64,000 nt of DNA from positions 64,001 to 128,000 of the forward strand of contig CAWFKQ010000006.1 of assembly GCA_963816395.1 (NCBI GenBank). Reading direction: 5' to 3'. This document shows positions 1 through 11,796 of the stretch, one piece after another (within the stretch, counting starts at the first letter, position 1; each line of letters opens with the position of its first letter). Below the pieces are notes generated by a model, which had not been told where the DNA came from, searched no databases, and saw only the letters and a list, made by a program, of their open reading frames with translations. Source of the stretch: an uncultured delta proteobacterium (GTDB lineage: Bacteria; Desulfobacterota; Desulfuromonadia; Desulfuromonadales; JACZKF01). A program made the position numbers and the translations under genes.

Positions 1-701
1 AGGTGGGGGTTGGCCCAGACATCCGCCGAATCGAAGGAGACGTAGATCGGGATATCGCCGAGAATGCGCACCCCCCGGCTGTTGGCGTACTGTTTCAGGG
101 CGAACCACTGCTCGAAAAAGATGAACTGGGCATACTTGTGAACGAGGATCGAGCCGTTCAGTTCCTCGCGCCAGAAGCCCAGGGCCGATTCCTCCCGCCG
201 CCGGATGTCCTGTGGCCACTGGTTCCACGGCTGGTCGTCGAAATGCTGGCGCAAGGCGCGGAACAACGCATAATCGTTGAGCCAGTAACCCTGGTGGGCG
301 TGAAATTCCCCGTAGGCCAACCGGCGCTCTTCCCGTCCCTGCCGGTGGAAGCGTTCGGCAGCCTTGTGCAGCAGTCGCAGCTTGTAGCTGTAGGCGAAAC
401 CGAAATGCGCCTCCCCCTCCGGCATGGCGACACCTTCGATATCTTCCGGGTCGAGGTCTCCCGCCTCCACCAGGCGCTCCGGGGAGATCAGCAATGGATT
501 GCCGGCAAAGGCGGAGAAGGCGCTGTAAGGGGAGTCGCCGTAGCCGGTGGGCCCCAGGGGAAGAATCTGCCAAACCGATTGCCCGGTCTGCTCGAGAAAA
601 TCGAGGAAGGCGAAAGCCTCAGCCCCAAGGGAGCCGATACCGTAAGGGCCGGGCAGGGAAGTCGGGTGCAGCAGAATACCACTCTGTCGTGGGAAGACCA
701 T
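1..701 (-). CDS. malQ: 4-alpha-glucanotransferase (amylomaltase), 5' part; runs off the window
   Basis: Manual minus-strand translation from ATG at 701 gives MVFPRQSGILLHPTSLPGPYGIGSLG...WQILPLGPTGYGDSPYSAFSAFAGNPLLIS, the GH77 N-terminal signature. Absent from the ORF track because no stop lies in the window. Confidence 0.93.
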   Translation of the reverse strand, partial: MVFPRQSGILLHPTSLPGPYGIGSLGAEAFAFLDFLEQTGQSVWQILPLGPTGYGDSPYSAFSAFAGNPLLISPERLVEAGDLDPEDIEGVAMPEGEAHFGFAYSYKLRLLHKAAERFHRQGREERRLAYGEFHAHQGYWLNDYALFRALRQHFDDQPWNQWPQDIRRREESALGFWREELNGSILVHKYAQFIFFEQWFALKQYANSRGVRILGDIPIYVSFDSADVWANPH

Positions 702-838
702 GCCGTTTCTCCGTAGCGTTGGTGGAGCAAATTATGCCACAGGCCCGGGGAATTTCCTATCTCCTCGGCGCAGAGGCGGGCCTGCGTGACCCTCAAACGA
801 GACCCTTTCAATGAGAAAAAAATCGGTAAATCAAGGGG

Positions 839-867
839 TTGACAAAATATGACGGGTTTGGTGTAAT
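839..867 (+). promoter_or_regulatory. sigma70-like promoter
   Basis: TTGACA (839-844), 17-nt spacer, TGTAAT (862-867). Confidence 0.55.
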
Positions 868-871
868 ACAA

Positions 872-955
872 GTACAAGATTCGCCAGGGAAGCCCGGACG
901 CGGGTTTCCCTTTTCGCCCCGGAAGGCTCCCTCCTGCTTCCGGGGTATTTTTTAT
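872..955 (+). ncRNA. candidate small RNA with two hairpins and an intrinsic terminator
   Basis: Follows the promoter. Hairpin GGGAAGCCCG-gacg-CGGGTTTCCC (887-910), then CCCCGGAAG-gctccctcctg-CTTCCGGGG plus a T-run (917-953). Confidence 0.4.
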
Positions 956-1140
956 CTGCGCTCGCCCTCCCGTAGATCCTGCCTCCAGGTAAAAGCGACC
1001 CTCGAGATTTGAAATTGTATGCCGGCGGCTGGAATGCTATCCTTACGGCCGTCGCCCGGTGGGCGGCCGGTTTTGCAGGGATTGGGGGGAGTTGCCCCGA
1101 ATTTTTCGTGCTCGCGGGATTCGGATGAAAGGAGCGGAAC

Positions 1141-1698
1141 ATGAACGGAATCGGCCGGTGGATTATCCTAGGCTTAGTGATGGTGCTGGCGGCGGGTTGC
1201 ACGGGAAAGCACAAGCTGGTGGCCGGTGCGCCCGACTGGGTGAATCAGGGCAGCGGCGCCTTTGACCAGAAGGATGCCCGGGTCTTCTACGGGGTCGGCT
1301 CGGTGACCGGCATTGCCAGTCCGTCACTGGCCGTGCAGACAGCCGATCAGCGTTCGCGCGCCGATATTGCCGCCCAGATGGAAACCTACGTGGCAAATCT
1401 CTTCCGGGACTATCAGGCGTCGACGGCGGCGACCACGGGCAATCAACGCGTGGAGGAACAGCATGTGGAGGGCGACCTCAAGGCGCTGACCCAGGTGTCG
1501 GTGCGCGGCGCCCGGGTGGTCGAGCACTGGCGGAACCCCGATACAGACACCATTTATGCCCTGACCCGCCTCGATCTCCAGGCCTTCGCTGCCAGCCTGG
1601 AGCAGATGCCGGAGATGAATCCGGCGCTGAAGACTTTCGTCCGCTCCAACGCGGAAAAAGCGTTCGACCGGTTGCGTCAGGAAGAACATGGGAAATAG
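1141..1698 (+). CDS. LPP20-family lipoprotein
   Basis: Lipobox LAAGC, APDWV motif, YGVGS and 'ADQRSRADIA' pattern typical of LPP20; RBS GGAG upstream. Confidence 0.75.
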   Translation: MNGIGRWIILGLVMVLAAGCTGKHKLVAGAPDWVNQGSGAFDQKDARVFYGVGSVTGIASPSLAVQTADQRSRADIAAQMETYVANLFRDYQASTAATTGNQRVEEQHVEGDLKALTQVSVRGARVVEHWRNPDTDTIYALTRLDLQAFAASLEQMPEMNPALKTFVRSNAEKAFDRLRQEEHGK

Positions 1699-1708
1699 GA
1701 GGATGCAC

Positions 1709-2308
1709 ATGTCGCGGTACCTGAAATATCTTTTTATCATTGCCCTGCTCGCTCTCACCGCCTGCACCGGCACCCGGGTCAGCCGGATCGATGCCGGTGA
1801 GGTCCGGGACCTCTCCGGCCGCTGGAACGATACCGACAGCCAGATGGTGGCAGAGGCGATGGTCCAGGATTGTCTGAACCGTCCCTGGCTGACCGAGTTT
1901 TCCGTCCGCACCGGCAAGAAGCCCGACGTCATCGTCGGCGCCATCCGCAACCGTTCCTCGGAGCACCTCAGCACCGAAACCTTCACCAAGGACCTGGAGC
2001 GGGCGCTGATCAATTCCGGCCGCGCCAATTTCGTCGCCTCCGCCGAGGAACGGCAGGGGGTGCGGGAGGAGCGCCTCGACCAGGACACCAACGCTTCCCC
2101 CGAAAGCCGCAAGGCGCCCGGCATGGAGGCAGGCGCCGACTACATGCTGATCGGCACCGTCAATTCCATCGTCGATCGGGAGGGGGGCGACAAGGTCGTC
2201 TACTACCAGGTGAATCTCGAACTGGTGGACATGGCCAACAACCGCAAGGTCTGGATCGGCGACAAGAAGATCAAGAAATTCGTCGAGAAGACCCGCTTCG
2301 GCCTTTAG
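1709..2308 (+). CDS. lpoB: penicillin-binding protein activator LpoB-family lipoprotein
   Basis: Lipobox LTAC; DLSGRWNDTDS, IRNRSSEH, GADYMLIG and YYQVNLELVD motifs; AGGAGG RBS. Confidence 0.75.
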   Translation: MSRYLKYLFIIALLALTACTGTRVSRIDAGEVRDLSGRWNDTDSQMVAEAMVQDCLNRPWLTEFSVRTGKKPDVIVGAIRNRSSEHLSTETFTKDLERALINSGRANFVASAEERQGVREERLDQDTNASPESRKAPGMEAGADYMLIGTVNSIVDREGGDKVVYYQVNLELVDMANNRKVWIGDKKIKKFVEKTRFGL

Positions 2309-2329
2309 CCGCGGGGATCGTCGTCTTTC

Positions 2330-3605
2330 GTGAAATCGGGGAATTCCGGATATCGCGGGCTCGCCCTGGCGGCGGCGCTGCTGGCGGTCCTGACCGGCTG
2401 CGCCGGCTACCGGCAGAGCCTGGATGCCTGTCGCCTCCAGGCCGGCGCCGGCCGGTTCGGGGAAGCCCTCGGCACCCTGGAAAAATCCCCGCTGGCCAAG
2501 AACGGCCGCGACCGGCTGCTTTACCTGATGGAAAAGGGGGCGTTGCTGCGGCTGAGCGGGAGATTACCGGCGCAGCAACGAAATCCTCGAGGAAGCCGAC
2601 CGGCTGGAGGAGGAACTGTTCACCCGCAGCCTCTCCGCCGAGGGGCTGAGCTTTCTCACCAACGACAAGGTGGTTCCCTATACCGGCGAAGATTACGAGG
2701 CGGCCTATCTGAATTATTTCAAGGCCCTCAACTATCTGGATCTGAACGATCTGGAGGGAGCCCTGGTCGAATGCCGCCGGGTCGATGAGAAACTCAATTA
2801 CTACAGCGACAGCTACGGCGGCAAAAACGTCTACCGGGAGGATGCCTTCCTGCGGCTGCTGACCGGTCTGATCTATGAAGCCGAGGGGGACAGCAACAAC
2901 GCCTTTATCGCCTACCGCAAGAGCCTCGAGGCTTACCGGGGCTACCGGGAAAAATACGGGGTGGAGGTCCCGGCGCTCCTCTGGGGGCGGCTGCTGACGG
3001 CGGCGCGCCGCACCGGCTTCGACGAACAATATCGCACCCTGCGGGCCGAAGCGCTGGCGGCCGGGGTCGAGCCGGAGGAGGGGGGGCCGGTGGCCGCCGT
3101 CATCCTCAACGACGGACTCATTCCGGTCAAGCGGGAAGCGGCGATGATCTTCCCGACCGAGCACGGGGCGGTCAAGCTGGCCCTGCCCGCTTTCGCGCCC
3201 CCTGCACCGCTGCCGCCTGCGGACGTGCTGCTGGACGGCGGTCGGGAAATCGCCACGGAGCGCACCCAGGATCTGGCGGCGGTGGCCCGCCAGAGCCTGG
3301 AGGATAAGAAGGGGCGGATGCTGGCGAAGATGATCGCCCGTGCCGTGGCCAAGCAGGTGGCGGCGCGCAAGGCCGAGAAAGAGCTCGGATCCCTGGCCGG
3401 ACTCACCGCCCAGATCGGTGCCCTGTTGACCGAGCAGGCCGATCTGCGCTCCTGGACATTCCTGCCGGACGAAATTCGCCTGGCGGTGGTGCCGCTGCCG
3501 CCGGGGGCGCACACCGTCACCCTGAACGGCCGCGGCTGCCGGGAGAGCCGGAGCCTCGACGGTAACGGGCGGCCAGTGGCATTCGCCATTTTTCGGGATT
3601 TTTGA
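2330..3605 (+). CDS. TPR-like lipoprotein (COG3014-like), frameshifted near 2560
   Basis: ORF 2330 has lipobox LTGC. ORF 2670-3605 has PYTGEDYE, ALVECRR and the C-terminal QADLRSWTFLP motif. The two are joined by one indel. Confidence 0.7.
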
Positions 3606-3652
3606 GCCGGCGGCGATCGCGACCGCCGCTGTATTCACTGGAGGGTACGCCC

Positions 3653-4663
3653 ATGCTGAGAATCTGCGCCCTTACCCTGGTTGCCCTGGTCCTGTCGGCT
3701 CTGGCCGGCTGTGGCGCCCCCAGGCCGCCGGCCTGGACCCTCGATCCCGGCTCCGGCTATCCGGCCGGGGCCTTTCTGACCGGCGTCGGTGTCGCCGCCA
3801 GCCGGGGGGCGGCCGAGGACCAGGCGCGAAGCGAAATCGCCAAGATCTTTCAGGTCAGCATCCATTCCCAAGTGACCAGTTCCGAGTCCCAGGTGCAGTC
3901 GCGGGTGGGGGCGCTCGCCGCCGCGGAATACAGCCAGCAGGCCCGGGCCGAGCTGACCGCCACCACCGACAAGGCGCTGAGCGGGGTGCGCATCGCCGAG
4001 CTCTGGCCCGACCCGCGGAGCGGTGAATTCTACGCGCTGGCGGTGCTCGACCGGCTGGCGGCGGCCCGTCCCCTGCGCGGCGAACTGAACGACCTCGACC
4101 TGACCATCGCCGATCAGGCGCGGCAGGCGGAAGAGGCCGCTTCGCCGACCCGGCGACTCGGCTACTATCTCGCCGCCCTGCGCGCGATGGACCGGCGGCG
4201 GACCGTCGCCGGCGATCTCCAGGTCCTGGAGCCCTCGGGGCAGGTGGCGGAGCCGCCGCGGGCCGCCGCCGAACTGGCGGCCGGGGCCGATCGGGCCGCC
4301 GGCGAGATTCGCCTCGACATCGAACTGGAGGGGGATCGCGACGGCATCGTCAAGGGCTCGCTGGTCCGGGCGCTGACCGCGGTCGGGATGCGCCTGGCGC
4401 CGGCCGGCGAGAGCAACCTGACCGTTCGCGGTGAGGTGACGGCCAGCCCTTACACCACCGGCGAGCCCTGGCAGTGGACGCTGGCCTCGGCCCAGATCGA
4501 CCTGCTTGACGGCCGCGGCCGGGAACTTCTCGATACCCTGCGCGCCACCATCCGGGAAGGCGCCCGGCAGGCGGATCGCTCGGACACTCTGGCCCGCGAG
4601 AAGCTCGGGGAGAAGCTGGCGGTCCTGCTGGTCGGCCGCATCGGCACCCTGGACCACCCGTAG
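3653..4663 (+). CDS. LPP20-family lipoprotein
   Basis: Lipobox LAGC, PPAW, LTGVG, '[13 protein letters not shown]'; GGAGG RBS. Confidence 0.7.
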   Translation: MLRICALTLVALVLSALAGCGAPRPPAWTLDPGSGYPAGAFLTGVGVAASRGAAEDQARSEIAKIFQVSIHSQVTSSESQVQSRVGALAAAEYSQQARAELTATTDKALSGVRIAELWPDPRSGEFYALAVLDRLAAARPLRGELNDLDLTIADQARQAEEAASPTRRLGYYLAALRAMDRRRTVAGDLQVLEPSGQVAEPPRAAAELAAGADRAAGEIRLDIELEGDRDGIVKGSLVRALTAVGMRLAPAGESNLTVRGEVTASPYTTGEPWQWTLASAQIDLLDGRGRELLDTLRATIREGARQADRSDTLAREKLGEKLAVLLVGRIGTLDHP

Positions 4664-4851
4664 GGGCGCAGCATGCTGCGCCCGGCTTTGCCCACGGATG
4701 TGGGTGCGGCAAGCGGCGACCATACGGGATTTTTCAGGCGCGTCCCGCCATTGACCCGGCGGGCGCTTTTGCGCTATTATCGTCAGGCAGACGGGGCCTC
4801 GCGGCCCCCCTTTTTTTGTCTCCGCCACCCTCCATTCGAGGTTTTTACCCA

Positions 4852-6438
4852 GTGAGCAATCAGCACCGCCAGGAAGTCGACCGCCGCCGCACCTTCGGCA
4901 TCATCAGCCATCCCGATGCCGGCAAAACCACCCTTACCGAGAAGCTGCTGCTGTTCGGCGGCGCCATCCAGATGGCCGGCGCGGTCAAATCGCGCAAGGC
5001 GGCGCGGCACGCCACCAGCGACTGGATGGCGATGGAGCGCGAGCGCGGCATCTCGGTGACCACCTCGGTGATGCAGTTCGACTACCGGGATTACGAGGTG
5101 AATCTCCTCGATACCCCCGGTCACCAGGATTTCTCGGAAGACACCTACCGGGTGCTGACCGCCGTCGACAGCGCCCTGATGGTCATCGACAGCGCCAAGG
5201 GGGTGGAAACCCAGACCCGCAAGCTGATGGAGGTCTGCCGCATGCGCAACACCCCCATCATCACCTTCATCAACAAGCTCGACCGCGAAGGGAGGGAGCC
5301 GCTGGAGCTGCTCTCCGACATCGAGGATACCCTGCAGATCGAGTGCGCGCCGCTGTCCTGGCCGATCGGCATGGGGAAGCGCTTCAAGGGGACCTACAAT
5401 CTCTTCCGCAAGGAGCTGTTCCTGTTCACTCCCGGGCAGGACCGGGTCAGCCAGGACGGCGTGGTCATCAGGGATCTGAACGATCCGCAACTCGATAAAC
5501 TGCTGGGGAGCCAGGCCGACGAGCTGCGGATGGATATCGAGCTGCTGGAAGGGGCGGCCAATCCCTTCGAGCTGGAGGAATACCTGAAGGGGAACCAGAC
5601 GCCGGTCTTCTTCGGCAGCGCCATCAACAACTTCGGGGTGCGCGAGCTGCTCGACGCCTTTGTCGAGCTGGCGCCGCCGCCGCGCCCGCGGCAGACCACC
5701 AGCCGCGAAGTTTCCCCCTACGAGGAGGGCTTCTCCGGCTTCGTCTTCAAGATCCAGGCGAACATGGACCCGGCGCACCGCGACCGGATCGCCTTCCTGC
5801 GCATCTGCTCCGGCAAGTTCACCCGCGGCATGAAGGTGAAGCATCACCGCATCGGCAAGGAGGTGGCGCTGGCCAACGCCACCATCTTCATGGCGCAGGA
5901 CCGCAGCAATGTCGAGGAAGCCTGGCCCGGCGACATCATCGGCCTGCACAACCACGGCACGATCAAGATCGGCGACACCTTCACCGACCGGGAGCCGCTC
6001 AAGTTCACCGGCATCCCCAACTTCGCCCCCGAGCATTTCCGCCGGGTGCGGCTGAAGAATCCGCTCAAGGTCAAGCAGCTGGAAAAAGGATTGGTGCAGC
6101 TGGCGGAGGAGGGGGCGGTGCAGGTTTTTCGCCCGCTGATGGGGAGCGACTGGATTCTCGGGGCGGTGGGAGTGCTGCAGTTCGACGTGATCATCGCCCG
6201 GCTCAAGGACGAGTACGGGGTGGAAGCGGTTTACGAGGGGATCGAATACGCCACCGCCCGCTGGATCGACTGCACCGACCGCAAGCTGCTGGCCGAATTC
6301 GAGAAGAAGAACCAGGGCAATCTGGCCCACGATGCCGAGGGGAACCTCGCCTATCTCGCTCCGAGCGAATGGCGCCTCGGCCATACCATCGAGCAGTGGC
6401 CGGCGGTCATTTTCCACAAGACCAGGGAACATAACTGA
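4852..6438 (+). CDS. prfC: peptide chain release factor 3
   Basis: [52 protein letters not shown] start. Confidence 0.97.
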   Translation: MSNQHRQEVDRRRTFGIISHPDAGKTTLTEKLLLFGGAIQMAGAVKSRKAARHATSDWMAMERERGISVTTSVMQFDYRDYEVNLLDTPGHQDFSEDTYRVLTAVDSALMVIDSAKGVETQTRKLMEVCRMRNTPIITFINKLDREGREPLELLSDIEDTLQIECAPLSWPIGMGKRFKGTYNLFRKELFLFTPGQDRVSQDGVVIRDLNDPQLDKLLGSQADELRMDIELLEGAANPFELEEYLKGNQTPVFFGSAINNFGVRELLDAFVELAPPPRPRQTTSREVSPYEEGFSGFVFKIQANMDPAHRDRIAFLRICSGKFTRGMKVKHHRIGKEVALANATIFMAQDRSNVEEAWPGDIIGLHNHGTIKIGDTFTDREPLKFTGIPNFAPEHFRRVRLKNPLKVKQLEKGLVQLAEEGAVQVFRPLMGSDWILGAVGVLQFDVIIARLKDEYGVEAVYEGIEYATARWIDCTDRKLLAEFEKKNQGNLAHDAEGNLAYLAPSEWRLGHTIEQWPAVIFHKTREHN

Positions 6439-6520
6439 AGCGGCAAGCTTCAAGCTTCGACTTCAAGATAATCCAAATTTCCTTCGTATCTTTTCCCCTC
6501 CGCTTGCCGCTTGCCGCTAG
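6438..6520. repeat. heptamer-repeat inverted arms between convergent genes
   Basis: aagcggc-aagcttc-aagcttc ... cgcttgc-cgcttgc-cgctag. Confidence 0.6.
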
Positions 6521-8623
6521 GTTTCCGCCACCGGCAGCGTGAAATAAAACGTGCTCCCCTTCCCCAGGGTGCTCTCCGCCCAGATCCTGCCGCCGTGCGC
6601 CCGGATCACCTCCTGGACCAGGGCCAGGCCGAGGCCGATGCCGCCGGGAATGCGCCGGGCGCTGTCGTCCACCCGGTAGAAGCGGGTGAAGATCCTGCCC
6701 AGGGACTGGGGCGGAATGCCCATCCCCTCGTCCTTCACCCAGATCCTGACCGTCTTCCCCTTCCGCTCCGCCCCGACCGTGACCGTCCCCCCTTCCGGCG
6801 AGTACTTGATGGCGTTTGACAGCAGGTTTTTCATGACCTGCTGCAGGCGCTTGGCATCTCCTGCGCACCGCCGGCAGGCCGGGCGGGCAGTCGAGCACCA
6901 GGCGATGCTTTTTCGAAGCGACGGCGAAAAGGTGCACCGCTTCCTGCAGCAGGTCATGAACCGAAAGGGCTTCGAACTGATAATTCTCCAACTGCGCCTG
7001 TAGCCGCTGCAGATCGAGGAAGTTGCTGATCAGTTCGTTCAGCCGCTCGGTTTCGCGGTGCACGGTTTGCAGGTATTCATGCTGCTGCTCCGGCGGCACC
7101 GGGTTTTCCAGGAGGAATTCGACGAAGCCGAGCATGGCGGTCAGGGGGGTGCGCATCTCGTGGCTCACTGAGGAGATCATCTCGTCCTTCAGGTGCTCCA
7201 TTCTCTTCTGCTCGGTAATGTCCTGGGCGATGTGCACGCCGCCCCACAGCTCTCCCGTCTCATCGAGGAGGGGATAGACCGAGAGGTGGTAATAGCGGTC
7301 GCTCTTCGGTTCATAGAGTTCCCCAACCTCCGGCAACCTGGATTTCAGCATCTGCGCAAACGGGCAGACCTCCTCCGACTTCCTCCAGGCCGAAATGAAC
7401 CCGGCAATGCTTCCCGGTCAGCGGGCTCTGCGTTATGCTGTTCAGAAAGGAATGATTGGCCCGGTTCATTTTGAGGATCTTGCCCATTCCGGTCGAGAAT
7501 GGCGACCGCGTCGGTGATCGCCTCGAAGGTCTGCGCCCATTCCTCTTCGCTGCGGCGCAGGTTCGCCTCCACCCGCCGCCGATCGGCAATCTCCTGCTGC
7601 AGATTGCGGTTGAGGTCCTCCAACTCGGTCGAATAGACCAGGGCCTTGCCGGTCAGGGGGCGCAGCAGCAGAAAGATGCCGAAGCCGCCAAGGATCGAGA
7701 GGAACGCGGCGACCGCCAGCACCGAGGCGAACAGCCGATTGACATCGGCGTACAGGTCGGCCTGGTCCATGGTCACCAGCAGGCCCCAGCGGGTATGCCC
7801 GACCGGCGCATAGGCGACGATGTCCGGTTCCCCGTTCTGCTGCGCGCGCCCGCGCAGCAGCCCGGCTTTGCCCGCGGCTGCGGCCTGCAGGGCGGTGCCG
7901 TAAAGGGCGATCTCCGGGGCGGCGTTGTAGACCTCCCGTTCCCCGCGGCGGCCGGGAAAGAAAATTTCCGGTCGGCCGTCCCTGACCGTCCCCAGCAGGG
8001 AGTCGCCATTGTAGGGCATGTTCGTCGCTTCCCAGACGATCCGCTGCAGGTGCGCGATGGAGATAAGGATCAGTTCGAGTGCCGAGGAATTCTCCCTGCT
8101 CGCTACTGGATGGGGGCTGCGGCAAGCAGGTACGGCATGCCGGCGACGACCAGCGGGTCGGAAAGGGAGATCTGTCCAGTCGTCCGCGGGAATGGCTTCC
8201 TCCGGTACCCGGATCCCCACCTGCGTCACCCACTGTCCCTGGCGGTCACGGCAGGTGATCCCGGCGATTTCTCCAAAATCGGTGACGACCGGCAACAGGG
8301 CGTCCTGGAGGAGAGCCTGCAGCCTCTGCCGGGACAGTTTCCCCGCGTAATAGCCTGCCAGGGCGTCGCGGATCGGCTGCCTGTTCGCTACCAGCCGGGC
8401 GATGTCGAAGACTCGGGCGAGGTATTCCTCGACCCCCAGCGTGCGCGCCCGCGCCAGATGGAGGAGGTTCGTTTTCCTCCGATTCCTTCAGCCGGTTGAA
8501 AAAAGGGAGAAGGGAAAGAAACGATATGAGGATCAGGGCGGCCAGGGTATAGAGGACGGCATAGGCAACAGTTTTCCGCCGAAGGGATTCCAGCGGATTC
8601 TTGTTTCCTTTTGATTTCGGCAT
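6517..8623 (-). CDS. membrane sensor histidine kinase (Cache-like/PAS/HisKA/HATPase), several frameshifts
   Basis: Fragments 8246-8623 (TM), 7345-8295 (AYAPVGHTRWGLLV, TM, PAS start), 6407-7351 (VSHEMRTPLT H-box) and 6517-6957 (NLLSNAIKYS, DEGMGI, GIGLGL, GKGSTF). Confidence 0.85.
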
Positions 8624-8785
8624 GAAGACCGCCCAAGGGTAAATTTAAGGTCAATGATCAACTCTAGCAAACAGCGCCGGCGCGGCAATTTCCCAAATGG
8701 GGGGAATTGCCGCAGTTGCATCGGGGAGGAGGATAAAGGATAATAATAAATTCTTACCCATTTGTCTTCAGGAGAATGCATATCC

Positions 8786-10274
8786 ATGCCGCAATTCGCG
8801 CCAGGCACCCGCTACAGAATGCCCGTCCGGACGGTTCTGACCTCGGCCGGCCCGCTGCCGGAGGTGACCGTCCAGGGCTGGGCCCGTACCGTCCGGCGAA
8901 GCAAGGAAGTCACCTTTGTCGCCCTTAACGACGGCTCCTGCTTCGCCTCTCTCCAGGTCGTCCTGGAGCCTCGGCTGGCGAATTTCGAAGAGGTCTCGAA
9001 AGCCGGCACCGGCGCCTGCCTGGCGGTGACCGGCGAGCTGGTTCCCTCCCCGGCCGCCGGCCAGCAGTGGGAACTCCGGGCGCGGCAGGCCAGCCTGCTC
9101 GGCGACGCCGACCCCGACTATCCGCTGCAGAAAAAGCGCCATACCCTGGAATACCTGCGCACCATCGCCCACCTGCGCCCCCGCTCCAACACCTTCGGCG
9201 CCGTCTTCCGCCTGCGCAGCGCCCTTTCCTTCGCCGTGCACCGCTTTTTTCAGGAGCGCGGCTTTCTGCACGTCCATACCCCGATCATCACCGCCAACGA
9301 CTGCGAGGGGGCCGGGGAGATGTTCCGGGTGACCACCCTGCCGCCCGCCGGCCCGCCGCAGACCGACAGCGGCGCGATCGACTGGGAGCAGGACTTCTTC
9401 GGCGAGAAGACCGGCCTGACGGTCAGCGGCCAGCTGCAGGGGGAGCTGTTCGCCACCGCCTTTTCCGACATCTACACCTTCGGCCCGACCTTCCGCGCCG
9501 AGAACTCCAACACCAGCCGGCACGCCAGCGAATTCTGGATGATCGAGCCGGAGATGGCCTTCGCCGACCTGGCGGCCGACTGCGCCCTGGCCGAGGAGTT
9601 TCTGCGCTATCGTGGTCCTCTACGCTCTGGAGCACTGCGGCGAGGATCTGGCCTTCTTCAACGAGCGCATCGAGCCGGGGCTGATCGGCAAGCTGGAGAC
9701 GCTGGCCCGGGCCGAATTCCGCACCATGACCTACACCGAGGCGGTGCAGCGGCTGCAGAAGGCGGGGCGCAGTTTCGAATTTCCCGTGGAATGGGGGCTC
9801 GACCTGCAGTCGGAGCACGAGCGTTATCTGACCGAAGAGGTGGTCGGCGGCCCGGTCTTCGTCATCGATTACCCGGCCGGCATCAAGGCCTTCTACATGC
9901 GCCTCAACGAGGACGGGCGGACGGTGGCGGCGATGGATCTGCTGGTGCCGCGGGTCGGGGAGATCATCGGCGGCAGCCAGCGCGAGGAACGCCACGACGT
10001 GCTGGTGCGCAAGATGCGGGAGAGCGGCATTCCCCCGGAGAGCCTGTGGTGGTACCTGGACATCCGCCGCTGGGGAACCTGCCCGCATGCCGGCTTCGGC
10101 CTCGGCTTCGAACGGCTGCTGATGTATCTGACCGGCATGGAGAACATCCGCGACGTCATCCCTTTCCCGCGCACGCCGGGGAACGCCAAGATTCTGAACG
10201 GCCGGCACTTCAATAGATTTCGCCGGGTGGAGCGCATGAAGCACAGCAACTCTCCCGAAACGCAGAACGGGTGA
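8786..10274 (+). CDS. asnS: asparagine--tRNA ligase, frameshifted near 9610; natural end probably near 10197
   Basis: [90 protein letters not shown]. Confidence 0.95.
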
Positions 10275-10317
10275 TGGCATCGCCACCACCCGTCAGTTTT
10301 AGCAGGGACTCCAGTTT

Positions 10318-10536
10318 TTATTTCCCCTCGGTCAGCTCAGCGCAGCTCCAGCCGCCCTGTCCCTTCTCAGGACGTAAATGCCGATGCCCCGCTCCAGCAG
10401 GTAATCGAGCGCCCGCACGGCGACGGCAGACGACGACTACAGGTTCGGAGCCGGCACGGATCTTCTCCGCCAGTTGCTCTATCCTGGGCCGTTCGGCATC
10501 GACCGGGTAGGCATAGGTTGGGACAGCGCCGCGGAT
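10318..10536 (-). pseudogene. rhodanese-like domain remnant (C-terminal portion, degraded)
   Basis: Manual translation IRGAVPTYAYPVDAERPRIEQLAEKIRAGSEPVVVVC..., then (frame changes) ALDYLLERGIGIYVL and EKGQGGW...TEGK*. No start codon or N-terminus. Confidence 0.5.
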
Positions 10537-10539
10537 GCT

Positions 10540-11429
10540 TCAGGACGCCCGCAGATGCTCGAGGAAAGCCTGGGCGAGGGGGGTAAGCTGGCGGTTGCGG
10601 CGGCGGACCAGGTAGAAGGGGCGGCGGATTTCCACCCCCTGCACGGGGATGCTGACCAGGGTGCGGCGGCTGAGATCCTCGCGCAGGGCGAGGGTGGAGA
10701 GAAAGGCGATGCCCAGGCGTCCCTTGATGCACTCGCGCACCGCCTCGTTGCTGCCCATCTCCGCCACCACCGAGAGGGCGGACGGATCGAGGCCGGCCTG
10801 GCGCAACCCCTGCTCCATCGCCGTCCGGGTGCCGGAGCCGGGCTCGCGCAGGATGAAGGGCTGGGTCGGCAGTTCTGCCGCGGCGAATGATTTTCTTCTC
10901 TGCCCACGGATGGCCGGGCCAGAGGGCGAGACGGAGTTCGTCGCCGAAGATCGCCTCCGCCTCCAGCACGGCCTCCTTCGGCCTGGCCCCGATCAGGGCC
11001 AGTTCCAGCTGGCCGTCAAGGATCTCCCGCACGATGCGGCCGGTGCCGGAAATGCGCAGGGCAACCCGGCAATCAGGGTGCCGGGTGTGAAAGGTTTCAA
11101 GATACGGCGGCAGGAGATAGGCGCCGGGGATGGTGCTGGCCCCCAGGACGAGACGGCCGGCGAGATTCCCCCGGAAGTTCGTCATGCGCCTGCACCGCCT
11201 CCTGGTGCAGGTGGATGATGCGGCGGGCATAATCGAACAGGATCAGACCGGCGGGGGTAGGGAGGACTTCCCGGGCATGGCGGTCGAGGAGCTTCTCACC
11301 GAAGGTCTCTTCCAGCAGACGGACGTGCTCACTGACCGTCGGCTGCGACAGCAGCACCGCTGCCGCCGCCCGTGAAAAGCTTTTCAGCTCCACTACCTTA
11401 CAGAAAACTTCCAGGCGCCGGATATCCAT
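10540..11429 (-). CDS. LysR-family transcriptional regulator (CysL-like), frameshifted
   Basis: MDIRRLEVFCKVVELKSFSRAA...SQPTVSEH HTH; GASTIPGAYLLP; EMGSNEAVRECI; three fragments. Confidence 0.9.
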
Positions 11430-11471
11430 GGTTAGTCTGAAATCGCAACCGGGGGAGGTGTTTCCCCGGTC

Positions 11472-11741
11472 TCAGAGGGGGATTCTTCTTTTCTTGGCAT
11501 AGGCGCGGATCACCACTTCCGCCTGGTTGAGGCGGGAGAGCTTCAGGTTTCTGGCTTTTGCGGCCATGACGTCCTCGGGGGAAATCTGCTGCTGGCGCAG
11601 TTCGCGGGCAACCATCCCCAGGTGGACCAGGACCGTCTTCAGGTCGACGGGGGTATACTGGCGCAGCAACGGGGGGGAGAGACTGAAGAAGCCGTCGGCA
11701 ATATCCTGGCCCATCTTCTTCGGGCTGCCGGAGATAGACAT
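11472..11741 (-). CDS. hypothetical protein
   Basis: MSISGSPKKMGQDIADG... with GGAGG RBS upstream. Confidence 0.65.
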   Translation of the reverse strand: MSISGSPKKMGQDIADGFFSLSPPLLRQYTPVDLKTVLVHLGMVARELRQQQISPEDVMAAKARNLKLSRLNQAEVVIRAYAKKRRIPL

Positions 11742-11796
11742 TTTCCCTCCTGCAAAAAGCCGGACCCGAGATCCGGAGATTAAAGGGGAGCAGCAG

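Noticed and set aside
3..716. 237-aa plus-strand ORF
   Set aside because: Antisense shadow of malQ on the minus strand.
8681..8712. Hairpin gcggcaatttccc/gggaattgccgc between the divergent kinase and asnS genes
   Set aside because: Single stem with no further support for a defined RNA or operator.
8786..10274. Programmed frameshifting or real pseudogenes in asnS, polA and lon
   Set aside because: No consistent slippery sites, and indels are spread across many unrelated genes, so sequencing error is more parsimonious.
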